Shown piece by piece: positions 17,587 to 25,506 of a DNA stretch of 62,979 nt; positions within the stretch are counted from its first letter, which is position 1; every line of letters starts with the position of its first letter. A model generated the notes under the pieces. It did not search any database and was not told the DNA's origin. It saw nothing but the letters and a program-made list of their open reading frames with translations. The DNA is from a virus. Location: the IMG/VR virus record IMGVR_UViG_3300023216_001509. One strand, 5' to 3'. The position numbers and the translations under genes were made by a program.

Positions 17587-18377
17587 AAGTATCCTGCTTG
17601 ATGCCAACCTACAACCGCTGCCCAGACCGGCAGCATCTGGTGGACGAGGCGCTGCATTCTTTTCTCCTCCAAGACTACCCGGACAAGGAGTTGATCATTT
17701 GTAATGACACTCCCGGGCAGCAGTTAAATTTCGCTGAGGTGGAGAAGGGAATCGAGTTCTTGCAGCAGGGGGTTCGGGTGTTCAATTTGGAAACACGGTT
17801 CCCCACTTTGTCGGACAAGTTGATGTGGATGATTGAACGGGCAAGGGGCGAGGTTTTGTGTCGATGGGACGACGACGATATCTGCCTGCCCCACCGCCTA
17901 TCATATTCCATGGATAAGCTTGGCGACGATTTGGAATGGCGCCCAGGGAATTACTATTATTGCCCATTCGCGGAAACCATCTACGTTGAACATCCAGGGA
18001 ATACGCACTGCATGGCTGTCTGGCGGCGGGAGGTTTTGAATGAGATTGGTGGCTACCCACCGAAGGCCAGCGGCTGGGAAGACCAGGCATTCAATAAAGC
18101 CCTTCACCGAGCAGGTGTTTCCGAATGGCTGGGCGAGATAATTCCGGCAGAAGACATTTTCTATCTGTACCGCTGGGGTGTGAGTGACCGACACCTATCG
18201 GGGAAGGGCGGTGGGACACCGGAGGGGATGCAACGGCATTATGATCATATCGGCATCCAGGAAATTGATAAGGATTTATTCAACCTCGACCCTCACTGGC
18301 AGCAGGATTATATTGGCAGAGGGCGAGAGGGTCTGATACGTCACCGCATGGAAACTGACGGTCAGGTAGCGTCATGA
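17583..18377 (+). CDS. Glycosyltransferase family 2-like
   Basis: VSCLMPTYNRCP...LLQDYPDKELIICNDTP...RWDDDDI (DxD-like). ATGA overlap with the upstream gene. Confidence 0.7.
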   Translation: MKVSCLMPTYNRCPDRQHLVDEALHSFLLQDYPDKELIICNDTPGQQLNFAEVEKGIEFLQQGVRVFNLETRFPTLSDKLMWMIERARGEVLCRWDDDDICLPHRLSYSMDKLGDDLEWRPGNYYYCPFAETIYVEHPGNTHCMAVWRREVLNEIGGYPPKASGWEDQAFNKALHRAGVSEWLGEIIPAEDIFYLYRWGVSDRHLSGKGGGTPEGMQRHYDHIGIQEIDKDLFNLDPHWQQDYIGRGREGLIRHRMETDGQVAS

Positions 18378-18400
18378 AGGGCGGGCCGCAGCCGAGGTGA

Positions 18401-18700
18401 TCAGGGCTTGGTCTCCAACTGGTCGCCTTCGGTTTGCGGCCCGCCTGTTTTACTGTCACCATACCAAGCAGCATAATTGTCGATCATCATTTGCAAATAG
18501 TGTTGCGCTTTCTTCAGGTCTTCGATGCCGCCCTTCTGGGGAAAGCGAACAACATACTTCACCACGTTGCCCTGCGCAAACCCCAAGCCAAGACGTTCCA
18601 CCGCATCCGTAAACTCAATGCGGCCTGACGTGTAATGCTTAGGCGCCGTGACAGGATTATGCGGACGAATTGGTGAACTCCCATCTCCCCAATCTTTCAT
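18401..18700 (-). CDS. DUF3310-family phage protein
   Basis: HYTSGRIEFTDAVE...GNVVKYVVRFPQKGGIEDLKKAQHYL matches the DUF3310 signature. Confidence 0.6.
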   Translation of the reverse strand: MKDWGDGSSPIRPHNPVTAPKHYTSGRIEFTDAVERLGLGFAQGNVVKYVVRFPQKGGIEDLKKAQHYLQMMIDNYAAWYGDSKTGGPQTEGDQLETKP

Positions 18701-18930
18701 GATTGCTCCTTTTTATTTGTCCATGCCTGCCTGTTTGCCGCTGCCAATTCCGCTGCCTCGATCGCTGCCGCGCCTGCCTCGATCGCTTCCTCCCGTTGGT
18801 CAATTTCGGCTTGGTGCAAGTCCAAGTGATCGGCAATACGTTCAAGCACCCGGATGAGCTTGGGCATGGTTCCATCAAGGAAGGTGCGCCCCCTGCCGGT
18901 TTCAAAGAATTCTGGCCCATGCATTCCCAT
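18697..18930 (-). CDS. Hypothetical 77-aa protein
   Basis: ATGA overlap with the downstream gene. Ala/Glu-rich helix. Confidence 0.4.
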   Translation of the reverse strand: MGMHGPEFFETGRGRTFLDGTMPKLIRVLERIADHLDLHQAEIDQREEAIEAGAAAIEAAELAAANRQAWTNKKEQS

Positions 18931-18939
18931 TTCGTTCTC

Positions 18940-19506
18940 CTAGTTAATTTCCACCAACTTGCCACATTCCAGTTCTGGGATGTGCGTCACCATAATAAAC
19001 TGAACGCCCATTTCCTCGGACAGGGTTTTCAGCATTCTCTTTGTGTTGTTTCTATAATTCTTGGACAAGAATTTGAACGGTTCATCCAAGATAAGTGTCC
19101 GCCGTTTCTTTGGAAGGGACAACACTAGGCAGGCCAGCCGAAGGGCGAAGGCGGCAACATCCACAACACCACCACCCGAGGCGCTAAGGGGGTCGACCTC
19201 CAGGTTGTTTCTAACGAAAGACAGGCGGGCGTCTGTTTTTCCCCGCTTGCGTTCGAATGTAATTCGGAACTCATACGGCTGCTCGAAAATGGATTCGAGA
19301 CACTTGGAAACCACCGCCGCGATCTTGGAGTGGGCCTGTTCCTGAACCTCGGCGGCAATGGTTTGGACAATGGTTTGTGCCTCGCCGGCTCGAAACTCAA
19401 ATTCTTCTGCGGCAATCATTTCTTGCCTAGCAGAATCGAGTGACCCCTTCGCTGCCCGCTGGGCAACCAGCAACTCATTCATCTGTATCCGGTTCACTGA
19501 TAACAT
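18940..19506 (-). CDS. sbcC: Rad50/SbcC C-terminal ATPase lobe (stand-alone ORF)
   Basis: Signature-like LSASGGG, Walker B TLILDEPF, H-loop FIMVTH. ATG at 19506 follows GAGGTGG. Confidence 0.7.
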   Translation of the reverse strand: MLSVNRIQMNELLVAQRAAKGSLDSARQEMIAAEEFEFRAGEAQTIVQTIAAEVQEQAHSKIAAVVSKCLESIFEQPYEFRITFERKRGKTDARLSFVRNNLEVDPLSASGGGVVDVAAFALRLACLVLSLPKKRRTLILDEPFKFLSKNYRNNTKRMLKTLSEEMGVQFIMVTHIPELECGKLVEIN

Positions 19507-19738
19507 CTGCCCACCTCTCGTTGAATGTTGTAACAAGCTGATCGTGCTTGTCTTGCTGTTTCGCGTGTTTGGTTTCCATCCGTTTGAGTAGGGCCAGGCC
19601 GGACTTCAACGACTTTGCCCCGAACTCTTTTTCGAGTTCAGCACGGACGTGTTGTAAGGCGCCCTCCCGTTGGTCAATTTCGCTGGTGAGGTTTTCCAGT
19701 TTCTTTTTGAGGCGTTCGTATTCTGTGGCGTTGGTCAT
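19475..19738 (-). CDS. 87-aa coiled-coil protein (possible Rad50 coiled-coil fragment)
   Basis: Heptad-rich sequence. ATGA overlap with the SbcD stop. Lies between the nuclease gene and the C-terminal ATPase lobe. Confidence 0.5.
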   Translation of the reverse strand: MTNATEYERLKKKLENLTSEIDQREGALQHVRAELEKEFGAKSLKSGLALLKRMETKHAKQQDKHDQLVTTFNERWADVISEPDTDE

Positions 19739-20658
19739 TGTGGAAATATCTCCATGACGATGGCGGTGGTTTCTTCGTCTACATCGTTGTCGCGGCAGTA
19801 CCGTCGGACGGCAGCTTCGAAATCAAGCGAGTCGTCGCCCAGTTGTTGCAACTGGGAAATGAACTCAAGCAAATCCGCGTCCACGGGTTCGGCCGTCAGG
19901 CCGTGCTCCTCCTGTTCCAAGCACTTGTCTTGCTTGCAGTTCACTGCCCACCGTTCAATGGTGCCATCCCCATGCAGCAGCCCAAACGACGGGACACGGT
20001 CGGCGTCGTCTTTACTTCTTTTCATGAACCCGCCACTGTTTAAGATGGGTGGTTGCGCCTCTGTTTTATTGATGAGGAACCCCTTGTGGTTATCCCCGAA
20101 CACCATTGCATCGAATCCGGTCAGCTGACGGATAATCCATCCAGCGATGTGGTCGGCAGAATTTGCTCCAGGATAACTGTCCGAGGGGTCGCTCCAGATG
20201 TACTTGTGAACCACTGCCAGGTGGAGGCAGAGGTCGCCTTCCTCACATGGTTTCAGTTGGGCATTCCAAGGGAACCCGTGGAGGACAATCCCGTTCACTT
20301 CAATGGGCTTGTCGGGTTCCAAGTTAATGAGTTTCCCTGCCTTCACGAGTGTCCAATATGCGGACTGCTCAATGTCCTCGTAGCGGTGGTGCGGCAAGTC
20401 GTGTTGCCCAGGGATGGCATAGGCGTTCGGCAGTTCATCCAGCGCAAAGTTAATGAGGGCCGGCGAGCTGTTCCATTTGTGAAACACGTCGCCGGCAATA
20501 ACAATCGGGACACCATAATGATCAGCAGCGTCGCCCAGTTCGCGAAGTGGGCGGGCCATCGCCTCGAACCAATCCGGTTCGGTACTGCGGAAGATAGGCG
20601 CATGGTCACTCAAGTGGATATCGCTGCACAGGATTAATCTCACATCGGACGCTGGCAT
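19735..20658 (-). CDS. sbcD: Mre11/SbcD-type metallophosphoesterase nuclease
   Basis: LILCSDIHLSD, IAGDVFH, GQHD, FGDNH phosphoesterase motifs. Confidence 0.8.
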   Translation of the reverse strand: MPASDVRLILCSDIHLSDHAPIFRSTEPDWFEAMARPLRELGDAADHYGVPIVIAGDVFHKWNSSPALINFALDELPNAYAIPGQHDLPHHRYEDIEQSAYWTLVKAGKLINLEPDKPIEVNGIVLHGFPWNAQLKPCEEGDLCLHLAVVHKYIWSDPSDSYPGANSADHIAGWIIRQLTGFDAMVFGDNHKGFLINKTEAQPPILNSGGFMKRSKDDADRVPSFGLLHGDGTIERWAVNCKQDKCLEQEEHGLTAEPVDADLLEFISQLQQLGDDSLDFEAAVRRYCRDNDVDEETTAIVMEIFPQ

Positions 20659-21521
20659 GTTGGGCAGACCTCGTAGGTTTCAAGTTCTTGTTGAATTTCG
20701 TTTGCTCTTTCTTTTCGTTTCGCCAGGACTTCGGTTTCGCTTATTAGGTCATCGGTATAAGACCGTAACCGCCTCACATAATAATCGTGATCAATTATTG
20801 TTTCGACGGATTTCTGAAGGGCCGTAATATCGGCAACCAACTTCCGGTCTTGTTCAACCTCCTTGGAGTAACGGCTCGCGTCATGAGTCAAGGCTTCCAA
20901 GCGAATCTGGCTCTCTGTGCTGGCCTCTAACGCAGCTGCGCCTGCCTCTAGGTCTACCAACTCGCCGTTCGCTTCGACCACCCACGCCAAGTCCTCTTTC
21001 TGTTTCCGGTAATGAAGGAACCGTTCCTTGGTCGACTCAGCTTCCCATTTTGCCTTGCGCATCGTTTTGGAAGTTTGTGCCAGGGCAGCATCGATAATTC
21101 CCAGGTCAACGATTTGATTTAAGTTGCGTGAAACTTGGGCAGCGGATTCGCTTAACCAGAAGGGGGCGTCGTGTTGGGACTGGAAATTGATTTCCCCCAA
21201 CTGCAACACGTTTTGAATTGATTCAGGAACGTCGTTTCCGAATGCGCGGTATTCTTTCCCGTCTAGGTGATAGGTGTTTTCCTTGCCTCGTGTGCGAGTG
21301 ATTTTGTGGCTGCTGGTTTCAATACGAACGGTGCAACCTTTTTGACCCTCGCGGATAAACTCGGTGCCGACTGGTCGGTTGAACACCACCCAAGACAACG
21401 CCCGAAGGAGGGCGGACTTGCCGGCATCGCTGGGGCCGATGATGGTGGTCACGCCCTTATCAAATTCGATGTCTATCTTTTTGTGGTTTTGGAAATTCTT
21501 AATTCGTAAGCGAGTCAGCAT
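20640..21521 (-). CDS. sbcC: Rad50/SbcC N-terminal ATPase lobe with coiled coil, ending at a CxxC zinc hook
   Basis: LRIKNFQNH...IIGPSDAGKSALLRAL (Walker A), long coiled coil, and a C-terminus ending ...EVCPTCQRPM. Confidence 0.75.
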   Translation of the reverse strand: MLTRLRIKNFQNHKKIDIEFDKGVTTIIGPSDAGKSALLRALSWVVFNRPVGTEFIREGQKGCTVRIETSSHKITRTRGKENTYHLDGKEYRAFGNDVPESIQNVLQLGEINFQSQHDAPFWLSESAAQVSRNLNQIVDLGIIDAALAQTSKTMRKAKWEAESTKERFLHYRKQKEDLAWVVEANGELVDLEAGAAALEASTESQIRLEALTHDASRYSKEVEQDRKLVADITALQKSVETIIDHDYYVRRLRSYTDDLISETEVLAKRKERANEIQQELETYEVCPTCQRPM

Positions 21522-21524
21522 GCG

Positions 21525-21875
21525 TTACTCCAAAGGGCGTTGTTGAATTTGATGGTGCGCGTCTTTTTCAAATTTGCTTTCAATCTCTTCTCTTAACCTC
21601 AGAATTTCTTCTAGCAATAAGGGGTCTGAATCTAGTTGGTGGAGGTGGGCTTTGATGGGCGCTAGTTCCTCCGCCAGGAGTTGCTGTGTCTTGGTTAAAT
21701 CCTTGCGGAGGTTTCGAATTTCCAGCGAGTGGATACTGATAGAAGTTTGGGCGTGATTAACCTGCTGGAATAGCAACAGGGCAAGACCGGCAACCACCGT
21801 CGCAATGATGGAGGAAACCGTGGTGATGATTATTGCGTCCAGCAGCCGGGTTTTCGGTTTGGTTGGTTCCTTCAT
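21525..21875 (-). CDS. Membrane-anchored coiled-coil protein (hypothetical)
   Basis: The start at 21875 gives an ATGA overlap. TM segment IIITTVSSIIATVVAGLALLLF. Confidence 0.4.
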   Translation of the reverse strand: MKEPTKPKTRLLDAIIITTVSSIIATVVAGLALLLFQQVNHAQTSISIHSLEIRNLRKDLTKTQQLLAEELAPIKAHLHQLDSDPLLLEEILRLREEIESKFEKDAHHQIQQRPLE

Positions 21876-22468
21876 CGTCCTTCCCAATCTGTTAAGGTGC
21901 TTCGGATTTTCAATTGTGATGTTCCTGTTTTCCAATCCTCCCACCGCATCATCACGCAGCACGGTTCTTGCCCGAGGAAGTAACGGTCGCAGAAGGTGAA
22001 CCGCATAATGGGGGCGGGTTCGGTTTGGAAACTGAGGGACTTCACCATCTTGGCATAGAGCAGTTCTGGCATGTAGACCAAGGGGTCACGCCGGTCTCGT
22101 TGGTGAACCAACAACCAGCCACACGACCCAGCGTCTAAGTGACTGCGCACTGCTTGTTCGTACCACTTTGTCCATTGCTGTTGTGCTCCGGCTGTCTTCA
22201 CATCGAAGGGGTCTTGGATGGTGAATTTGCTGTAACCACGTTTCAGTTCGATGGTGACAAAGTCCATCAGGGGGACACCACTTGGGCAAGTGGCTGCCAC
22301 GTCACCATACTGACCGGCCGTGGTTTTGCCCAGGGCAGCTCGAACGGTTGCCCTGCCTCCAGAGTTACTGGAACGCCAGAAGATATCGTCACGGCCATCC
22401 CGATCACAGTCCCACCACCGTGACAGGTCTTTACAGAACTCCCGTTCAAATGAAGAACCCTTCGCCAT
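21872..22468 (-). CDS. Holliday-junction resolvase-like PD-(D/E)XK nuclease
   Basis: GSSFEREFCKDLS...WRSSNSGGRAT...GDV...FVTIELKRG pattern. ATG at 22468 follows GGAAGGGG. Confidence 0.5.
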   Translation of the reverse strand: MAKGSSFEREFCKDLSRWWDCDRDGRDDIFWRSSNSGGRATVRAALGKTTAGQYGDVAATCPSGVPLMDFVTIELKRGYSKFTIQDPFDVKTAGAQQQWTKWYEQAVRSHLDAGSCGWLLVHQRDRRDPLVYMPELLYAKMVKSLSFQTEPAPIMRFTFCDRYFLGQEPCCVMMRWEDWKTGTSQLKIRSTLTDWEGR

Positions 22469-22481
22469 GCCTTGCCCCTTC

Positions 22482-22601
22482 CTACTTGCTAAGTTCGGCA
22501 ACCACCCAAGCCAGCGCCCCACAACCAGCGGTCAGAGTAATCAACATTCCCCACCACCTCAACGCCCCCTGCCGTTCCTTTTCGTGTTGTTCGTAAGTCA
22601 T
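22482..22601 (-). CDS. 39-aa single-TM peptide (not in the ORF track)
   Basis: GGAGGTGGAAA-ATG. Translation MTYEQHEKERQGALRWWGMLITLTAGCGALAWVVAELSK. Confidence 0.35.
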   Translation of the reverse strand: MTYEQHEKERQGALRWWGMLITLTAGCGALAWVVAELSK

Positions 22602-22625
22602 TTTCCACCTCCTTGTGGTTGTTTT

Positions 22626-22774
22626 GCATGCCAGATGTCATGACTGAACTCATGCAAAATGTCATGACATCTGGCATGCGGGTCTCATGCAAAATGTCAT
22701 GACATCTGGCATGCGGGTCTCAGGTTGTTTGTCATGACTAAACTCATGACATCTGTCATGACATCTGTCATGAC
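22626..22774. repeat. Palindrome/iteron cluster: six GTCATGAC palindromes, a 35-bp tandem duplication (22651-22685, 22686-22720) and an inverted 19-mer (22626-22644)
   Basis: Direct reading. Lies in the 5' untranslated region of the leftward resolvase-Rad50 operon. Confidence 0.9.
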
Positions 22775-22794
22775 TGACTCATGCAAGATATCAC

Positions 22795-22806
22795 CTTATA
22801 CTCGGG
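22795..22806 (-). promoter_or_regulatory. CCGAGTATA-box promoter-like element (copy 1 of 3)
   Basis: Minus strand reads CCCGAGTATAAG. The same box occurs at 37996-38009 and 46266-46279, each upstream of leftward genes. Confidence 0.4.
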
Positions 22807-22920
22807 AGATAAACGTGTTTCCACAATGTTCGACAAGCCCCCTAGTTGCCCGTCTAAGGCACTTTCGACCCTTAAACCCTTGGTCATGCGGGAAACTGGG
22901 AAAACCCCCCAGATCGCGAA

Positions 22921-24039
22921 TTATGGGTTTTGATGGTATGGCGAAACCCGTTCCACCGAACACTCTTTTTCGATGCTGTCCCAGACCTCGGCCACCACCT
23001 CCGCCAAGTCCCCGCCCAGGTGGTTATCTTGGATGAACTGAATCAGTTTCTCGCGTCCCAGTTCCTCGTCAAAGTCATGGGCTTCAATTATGTTTTTCTT
23101 TTTGGGCCAATGTTTTTCCGCAACCAGGTAATCAATGCAACTGCCCACCTCGTCGATTCCGAATGAATGGTAAAGCGGCAGCTCGACCGTTCGGAGGCGC
23201 CCAGTGAAGCGGTTCTTTTTCACTTGGACTTTACAGACAATCCCAATCTCCCGTTCCTTGCCACGCACCGTCCGCTTCATTTTGCTTTTGATGGACGACC
23301 AGATTTCCAAGGTTGCGTAAAACCGAAGGGCGTGTCCGCCGCTTCTGCTTTTCTTTTCAAAACCGAATCCCAGGTTGTCCCGTGTCTGGTTTATGATGAT
23401 CAGGATGGACTTCGACTTACGAAGGGCCGGCATAAGTTTGCGGAGGTTGGAGGAGTTTTTCTTTGCCTTGCCATCCCCATAACTGCCGGTCGTTACCTTG
23501 CCTGCCCGGGAGGCGGTTTTCTCTTCCTTGAATTTGTCTTGTTCGGAGGCGCTACTTAGCGAATCCATTGAATCCAGGATATAGATAAACGGTTCGTCCC
23601 GCCCCACCGCATCGTCCAAGTGGTAATAGAAATCCTCAATCGTTTCGCTGTGGATGGGAACTATCCCTGCCCCAGAACCCTTGGCGCCAATGTCCATTGA
23701 GTCGGGTGGTTCCATGCGTTCCGCCACCCCCTTGCCGAAGAACCGTTGAATGTCCATCAGCGCACCGTCCTCGGCGTTGTCGTAGATGAAACGGTAGTCC
23801 TTGAATTCGGGATTGATACTTGCCTCGGCAAGGCAAGTAAGAGATAGCCAGGTTTTGCCCGAGGCGCTGTCCCCCACGAGGAAGTGATATTTGCCCTTGG
23901 CAAATCCACCACGGTAGTCACCGCTGCACGCTAGGTTCAACAAGGTGGAGCCCGTGGACAGCAGGTCGGTTGGCAAGACAGGCGGATCGTTTTCTGATTT
24001 CATTCGCAATGCCTTTTTGATGTCTTCTGTTTCATTCAT
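22921..24039 (-). CDS. RecA/UvsX-family recombinase
   Basis: STGSTLLNLACSG...VGDSASGKT (Walker A), YILDSMDS (Walker B), IINQTRDNLG...SGGHALRFYATLEIW. Confidence 0.8.
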   Translation of the reverse strand: MNETEDIKKALRMKSENDPPVLPTDLLSTGSTLLNLACSGDYRGGFAKGKYHFLVGDSASGKTWLSLTCLAEASINPEFKDYRFIYDNAEDGALMDIQRFFGKGVAERMEPPDSMDIGAKGSGAGIVPIHSETIEDFYYHLDDAVGRDEPFIYILDSMDSLSSASEQDKFKEEKTASRAGKVTTGSYGDGKAKKNSSNLRKLMPALRKSKSILIIINQTRDNLGFGFEKKSRSGGHALRFYATLEIWSSIKSKMKRTVRGKEREIGIVCKVQVKKNRFTGRLRTVELPLYHSFGIDEVGSCIDYLVAEKHWPKKKNIIEAHDFDEELGREKLIQFIQDNHLGGDLAEVVAEVWDSIEKECSVERVSPYHQNP

Positions 24040-24045
24040 GGCATA

Positions 24046-24093
24046 ATCGAAAACCCACCTCGACCGCTGGGATTGAACAACGGCCGAGGTGGG
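24046..24093 (-). terminator. Rho-independent terminator/attenuator after the SSB gene
   Basis: On the minus strand, a 13-bp stem with one mismatch (cccacctcggccg / cggtcgaggtggg) is followed by UUUUCGAUU. Confidence 0.6.
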
Positions 24094-24121
24094 TGGGACT
24101 CAAAATGGTGGACTGTTTAGC

Positions 24122-25015
24122 TCAGTCGTCCCATTCTTCATCGTCCCAATCTTCGTCCTCGTCCTCGTCGTCGTCCACGTCCTCGTCCACGGCTTTGCCA
24201 GCCTTCGCCTTCGCCGGTTTGTCGTTGGCTGGTTCATCAGCCACCTCCTCCTCGGCTTCTTCCTCCAACACCTCTTCGTCCTCGTCCTCGTCGTCGTTGG
24301 TTTGAAGGAAAATGGCCTTCAACTTGCTGTACGCCTCGACCTTGATCAAGTCGTCCAGTGAAGGGAGGTCTTCAAACAACTCGGGGTCGATCGGGTTCTT
24401 GCGTGGTTTGAAGTCAACCGTTTCAACTTCATAAAACGCCCTCCCGCCAAACGACCGTTCTGCGATTCCCAATCTCAAAGTCAAACCCTCATCTGGATCA
24501 AAGAACATTTCAAACCCATCATCCTCATCTGAGTTCTTAATTCTTGCGTCCAGTTGTTTGCCGAATAGATACCAACTAATATCCCACAGCTGAACACCCT
24601 TCTCGGGTTCGTCGTGGTCTATCACGTAAAACAGTTGTCGTTCCTTCGGTCGGAGGCTTTTGATAAGTTCCTCGTCTGCCTCCGGGTCGCGTCGCAGCTT
24701 GGCCAGGTGTTCGCAGATGGGACACTTTTCGTTCGTTGTCTTTTCCCTGCAAACATAGGCGTCCCCATTCGGCCCAATCCGGTGAACCCAGAATGTCCTT
24801 TCATAGTGCAACTCACCAGCGTCCGCAAAACGACTGGACACCTTCACCGTATAGGGCAGGATATCAATCCTCTTGATGCCAGATGCTTTGAGGGCAAAGT
24901 ATCCCATCCCTTCGGGCGTTGTTGTTGTCGTTCGTTCGTACCCTTGCGAGTGGGCCTCAGCCCGTCGTTTGGCCGACGCCAACTTTCGTTTCTTTTTCTT
25001 CTTTGTCTTTGCCAT
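24122..25015 (-). CDS. gp32-like ssDNA-binding protein with zinc motif and acidic tail
   Basis: YVCREKTTNEKCPICEH zinc-finger-like motif, and a C-terminal DDEDEDEEVLEEEAEEE...DEDEDWDDEEWDD tail. Confidence 0.65.
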   Translation of the reverse strand: MAKTKKKKKRKLASAKRRAEAHSQGYERTTTTTPEGMGYFALKASGIKRIDILPYTVKVSSRFADAGELHYERTFWVHRIGPNGDAYVCREKTTNEKCPICEHLAKLRRDPEADEELIKSLRPKERQLFYVIDHDEPEKGVQLWDISWYLFGKQLDARIKNSDEDDGFEMFFDPDEGLTLRLGIAERSFGGRAFYEVETVDFKPRKNPIDPELFEDLPSLDDLIKVEAYSKLKAIFLQTNDDEDEDEEVLEEEAEEEVADEPANDKPAKAKAGKAVDEDVDDDEDEDEDWDDEEWDD

Positions 25016-25031
25016 TTTGACTCTCCTAGTG

Positions 25032-25493
25032 TTAAGACCGTTTCCGACGTACAGACTGCTTCTCGAGTTCAGTTATTGCTTCCTTGGAGGTTGGGTCTTT
25101 GGCCCGCGGGGAGGAGAAGTAATCCTGCCCATGCAAGCTAACAAGATTTTCCAAGGCGCGTTTCCTGTGATCCAATGTTGTGACGGCAGCTTGCAGGATA
25201 TCGACTTGATGTTTCAGGTCGATCACCTCCGCTTGGCGCTGCTGGTATTTGTCCTGAATTATAATCGTAGACGAAACCACGTTTTCGGTGATTTTCTCTA
25301 AATTAAATTGCCCAGGTTCGCTACGAATATCTCTGTCCAATTCTGCCTTGCACAGTTCCAACTCTGCTTTTTCCTCCTCGAGGTGTTGCTTGGCGTTCGC
25401 CAGCTTCTTCGCATACTTGTGATAGAGGCGTGGTTGGTTCAACCACATTTCATCCAAGTTATGTTCGTCCATGTTCAACAAGTCGTCGTCCAT
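25032..25493 (-). CDS. Coiled-coil protein, possible UvsY-like recombination mediator
   Basis: 153 aa, located between the clamp loader and the SSB/recombinase genes. Only weak pattern similarity to UvsY. Confidence 0.3.
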   Translation of the reverse strand: MDDDLLNMDEHNLDEMWLNQPRLYHKYAKKLANAKQHLEEEKAELELCKAELDRDIRSEPGQFNLEKITENVVSSTIIIQDKYQQRQAEVIDLKHQVDILQAAVTTLDHRKRALENLVSLHGQDYFSSPRAKDPTSKEAITELEKQSVRRKRS

Positions 25494-25506
25494 TTGTGTC
25501 TCCTTG

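Noticed and set aside
22489-23036. ORFs 22489..22692 (minus) and 22725..23036 (plus) over the palindrome cluster
   Set aside because: The peptides just spell the repeats (VMTSVMT...). The well-placed RBS belongs instead to the 39-aa ORF 22482..22601.
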